Shown in pieces: positions 61,001 to 64,000 of a stretch of DNA of 64,000 nucleotides. How positions within the stretch are numbered: the stretch's first letter is position 1; the number at the start of each line of letters is the position of its first letter. The notes below the pieces were generated by a model. The model was not told the origin of the DNA, did no database searches, and worked only from the letters and a program-made list of their open reading frames with translations. A program made the translations under genes and the position numbers. The DNA comes from Tubulanus polymorphus. Lineage: Eukaryota; Animalia; Nemertea. The DNA lies in the NCBI RefSeq assembly GCF_964204645.1, contig NC_134026.1, positions 20,308,150 to 20,372,149 on the forward strand, read 5' to 3'.

Positions 61001-61659
61001 CAACTCCGCCAAGGCGCGGGTCAACGTCGTGTTGAAACAAGGTAATTGATAAGCTACAATAAAACTGCGCGAATCTTGAGTTTTCTGATTTTGCTATCAT
61101 TCAGTCGAGGCACCAGTTTGGGGATTTTCTGAGTTATTCAAACGCGATGAATTTTTTCGGTACTAACCAGTTAGCGTCATGGTAGCTAGCTGGCAGCTAC
61201 ACTTCACCTGCTTAAGAAACAGGACATCCAACTAAGCGGAAACGCACATCTTCAGTCTATCTTTAACAATATCGTCTCGTTTTTATCCCACTAGGGGTGA
61301 ATCCGAAAAGGGCTTCATTGTATCGCGTTCACTTTTCGTCCGTCGTCCGTCCGTTCCGCAGACGGAATCGGGTTTTCTGCGAAGTGTATATTTGTATTTT
61401 CATTATTGGTAGATATACTATTTTCTAACAACAATCTTTTGCAAAGGTTTTGAGCTCGCGGTATGTTCTTCGATAGATGTGAGTTTCAATGTTTTATTGG
61501 TTTCTGTATTTGATTGATATCGTTGAATAAGTCGAATATTGAAATATTCAGATTGTCGAGCATTTCAACAACTGTGCATGATGCCTCGATCCCTGGTCGA
61601 TGTACATATACCAATGATTCCATCGCCTTTCCTTGTTTTATTTTCTTTCAGAATTGTGA
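58079..61659 (+). CDS. IGFBP7: Insulin-like growth factor-binding protein-related protein (IGFBP7-like; IB-Kazal-Ig), ~257 aa
   Basis: Exons 58079-58523, 59523-59666, 60865-61041, 61652-61659; all junctions phase 1, GT-AG. Signal peptide; CGCCDVC IB domain; CGSDGQTY..C Kazal domain; Ig domain with SCEAKGFPIPTIEW...RGGP...VTGWLQI...DYACLAQN. Confidence 0.92.
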
Positions 61660-63729
61660 GCAGCGTAATGGTGTTCCTATTCTCAAATGAAGAAGAATGC
61701 ATGGGAAATGTTATAGATATTTCGAGAGTTGACTGACGTTTCATGTTCATCCTCCACTCTCATCAACTGATGTATTGGTGCTATATTTTTTATACATGTA
61801 TACTTAAATCTAGGATAAATAGGCTTCGAAGTGTTTCGAAATATTTTGGAATTAGATATTCAAATGCCAGAAATCACTGCCAATAATTTAGCTTTCGATT
61901 TTCCAATGATTTGGTTAATCATGGTTGCAGTACGGTCGCTAAAATGAGATTAAAGTCATTCAAACTAGAGTGTAACCTCGTTATAACGAACTCAGATACA
62001 ACGATTCATCGGAAAAAGCAAAAAGGAAGATTTGATTTATTTCATGCTGATTATAAGGAACTATTGGCTTCAACGGACATTTTTTCTGATACCATGAAGT
62101 TCGTTGTAGCGAGGTTCCACAGTCGCTTGTCTTGATCCTTTTGAGAGTACATGTTTATTCAAATCACGGTCGATAAATCAGCGGCTTGCTTGGTCAATCG
62201 TTTTACAAACGACTCGCTTGTAATGTTAGTTATACTAATAAAATGCGGTATTTCATCTCAAATGATGTGCGTAGTAATATTGTCTTGATAGTATTTCCGG
62301 GCCTCATCGTCAAATAACTTGGTGGTTAAGTAAAACTATATAGCGCCAACGAATAAATGCAATTTCTGAGACGTATAGAAATTAAAATCTAGCTAATCGT
62401 TACAATATGACGACGTCACGTTCGATTGTTTAAGAGGGATTTGATGACGATATACGATTTCGCTTCAAACAAGTAGAATCAGTAGGTCGCAGTATCTGTG
62501 ATGAAACAATAAATGTCTAACAATAGTCGAATGAGTAAAATGTTTACTGAAATAATAGAAATAAACTTTGCATGTATTTCTGGTGGTTCCTACCACCCTT
62601 AATCAGTCTAAAATACTAATGAAGGGTGGTAAGGACCACACCCGAAATGTCTAATAAACTTTTTAGTCATTCAACAGTATTGCGGGATTTTACATTTATA
62701 ATATACTGACTTCATATCGGCCTGTTAACACGAGAGTTTCAACTTTGATTCATATTTCAAAAACTCTTAAAAGTGCATTTTCACTATTCTTTCTGCATTA
62801 TAAGGATGAAGATTGATCTTTCATTCGCCCTTATTTTCAAAGAATTTCGTTAATTTCCTTATTGCACAATGTTGAAGGTGACCCGCGTTGGCACGGTCAG
62901 GGCGTTGTTACGACCAAATGCTGACCTTTTCCTGGAATGAACTCCTATTCAACCCTCCGAAGTTTTACGAGAAACGGTCACTGATCTAAAGCTACAAGAG
63001 TCGACGAACTGTGACCGATAATTCACAGGAAAATTCCGTGGTTACATTGTACTTCCAATTTAAAGGTCAAGCGGAAGGCAGGAATGTTACGCAGTATTGT
63101 TGAAAAGCTTGACCACGCTGGTCAGCGAAATCCCCAGATGACCGATGTTTGTTTGTTGTTTGCCCGCATAGGCGACAAAGTTCGCGACCTACAAATGACC
63201 ACCTGGTGACCGCTTTCTACCCCATAGGTCAAATATTCAGGAGTGTCGCGCATGTGTTAGGCATTTACGAACCCGAAATAATTTTTTTGGACATTAAACG
63301 GATATAAACTGATTTTTGTATATTGCGATAAGAAAAACAATATTATTAATACTGTATAAAAATACCCGTATGTTAATTAAACGATTTGCGATATAAATAA
63401 TAATATACATGAATATTCGCATAGACTCGCACACAAAAGATATTGATATAAATAGATTGAGCCGGCAAATTATCAACCAGTAAATACATTTTGTCACTCA
63501 GACTAGATGCGGTTTAAATATCACTACGATAAACGTCCTTTCTGTACCTTTTTAGAACTAAAAGTAGTGCAGAATAATAAAACAGGTTTCCGTTATCAGC
63601 GCGCGTCACAGCAGGCGTACTATTAACTCAATATTTGGTGAATGCAGTACACCAAAGAATTATTGTACATGTAAGCCATCAATCGCCTTTTTTCTTTGGT
63701 TTGTGATGATTAATTTGATGTTAAAGTCT

Positions 63730-64000
63730 CTACACGGTGTGCGACCGAGGGCGAAATATCTGTTCGGCCTCCGTAAACTCCAAAGGCAGTCCGTCGATCG
63801 GATGCGGCACCGGAATCAGTTTCATTTTCGGCTTTTCGTTCTGCATGCTCCATACGGAGTTCTGCACCAGGGCGATCGTCAACGTTTTCAACAGGACGCC
63901 GGCGTATTCGCGTCCGACGCACGCTCGCGGGCCGCCTCCGAACGGCAAGTAGTCGAAATGCGCGGAGTCTTGGTCGTTGTTCGACAGTTTCGACCAACGA
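63730..64000 (-). CDS. Cytochrome P450 C-terminal exon, CYP26-like; gene continues beyond the window
   Basis: RW...FDYLPFGGGPRACVGREYA contains the heme signature FxxGxRxCxG; terminal PVPHPIDGLPLEF resembles CYP26 PTVYPVDNLPARF. The subfamily call is tentative. Confidence 0.88.
   Translation of the reverse strand, partial: RWSKLSNNDQDSAHFDYLPFGGGPRACVGREYAGVLLKTLTIALVQNSVWSMQNEKPKMKLIPVPHPIDGLPLEFTEAEQIFRPRSHTV

Overview
AT-rich, intron-containing animal genomic DNA, probably from a marine invertebrate. Host genes were spliced by hand with GT/AG sites and intron phases checked. (1) A 22-coding-exon, ~1443-aa xylosyltransferase-like (GT14) gene, + strand, 3674-23958, with a SUEL-lectin-like N-terminus and a long C-terminal extension holding an internal duplication and two hydrophobic helices. 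(2) A secreted cystine-knot-like precursor, - strand, ~28847-30925. (3) An IGFBP7-like gene (IB-Kazal-Ig), + strand, 58079-61659, predicted to end in KQEL. (4) The last exon of a CYP26-like P450, - strand, running off the window end. The 8.5-kb 13th intron of the XYLT-like gene holds two young insertions. One is a 2.27-kb non-autonomous Maverick/Polinton-like element with 142-bp AG...CT TIRs, a 6-bp TSD, a ~33-copy 24-bp array, an orphan zinc-finger ORF and a third internal TIR copy forming a terminal fold-back. The other is a full-length Gmr1-type Gypsy element with identical 315-bp LTRs but no TSD. The rest is non-coding DNA with MITEs, SINEs, a LINE relic, degenerate hammerhead-like motifs and long (TA)n tracts. 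All family assignments come from motif recognition; no database search was run.
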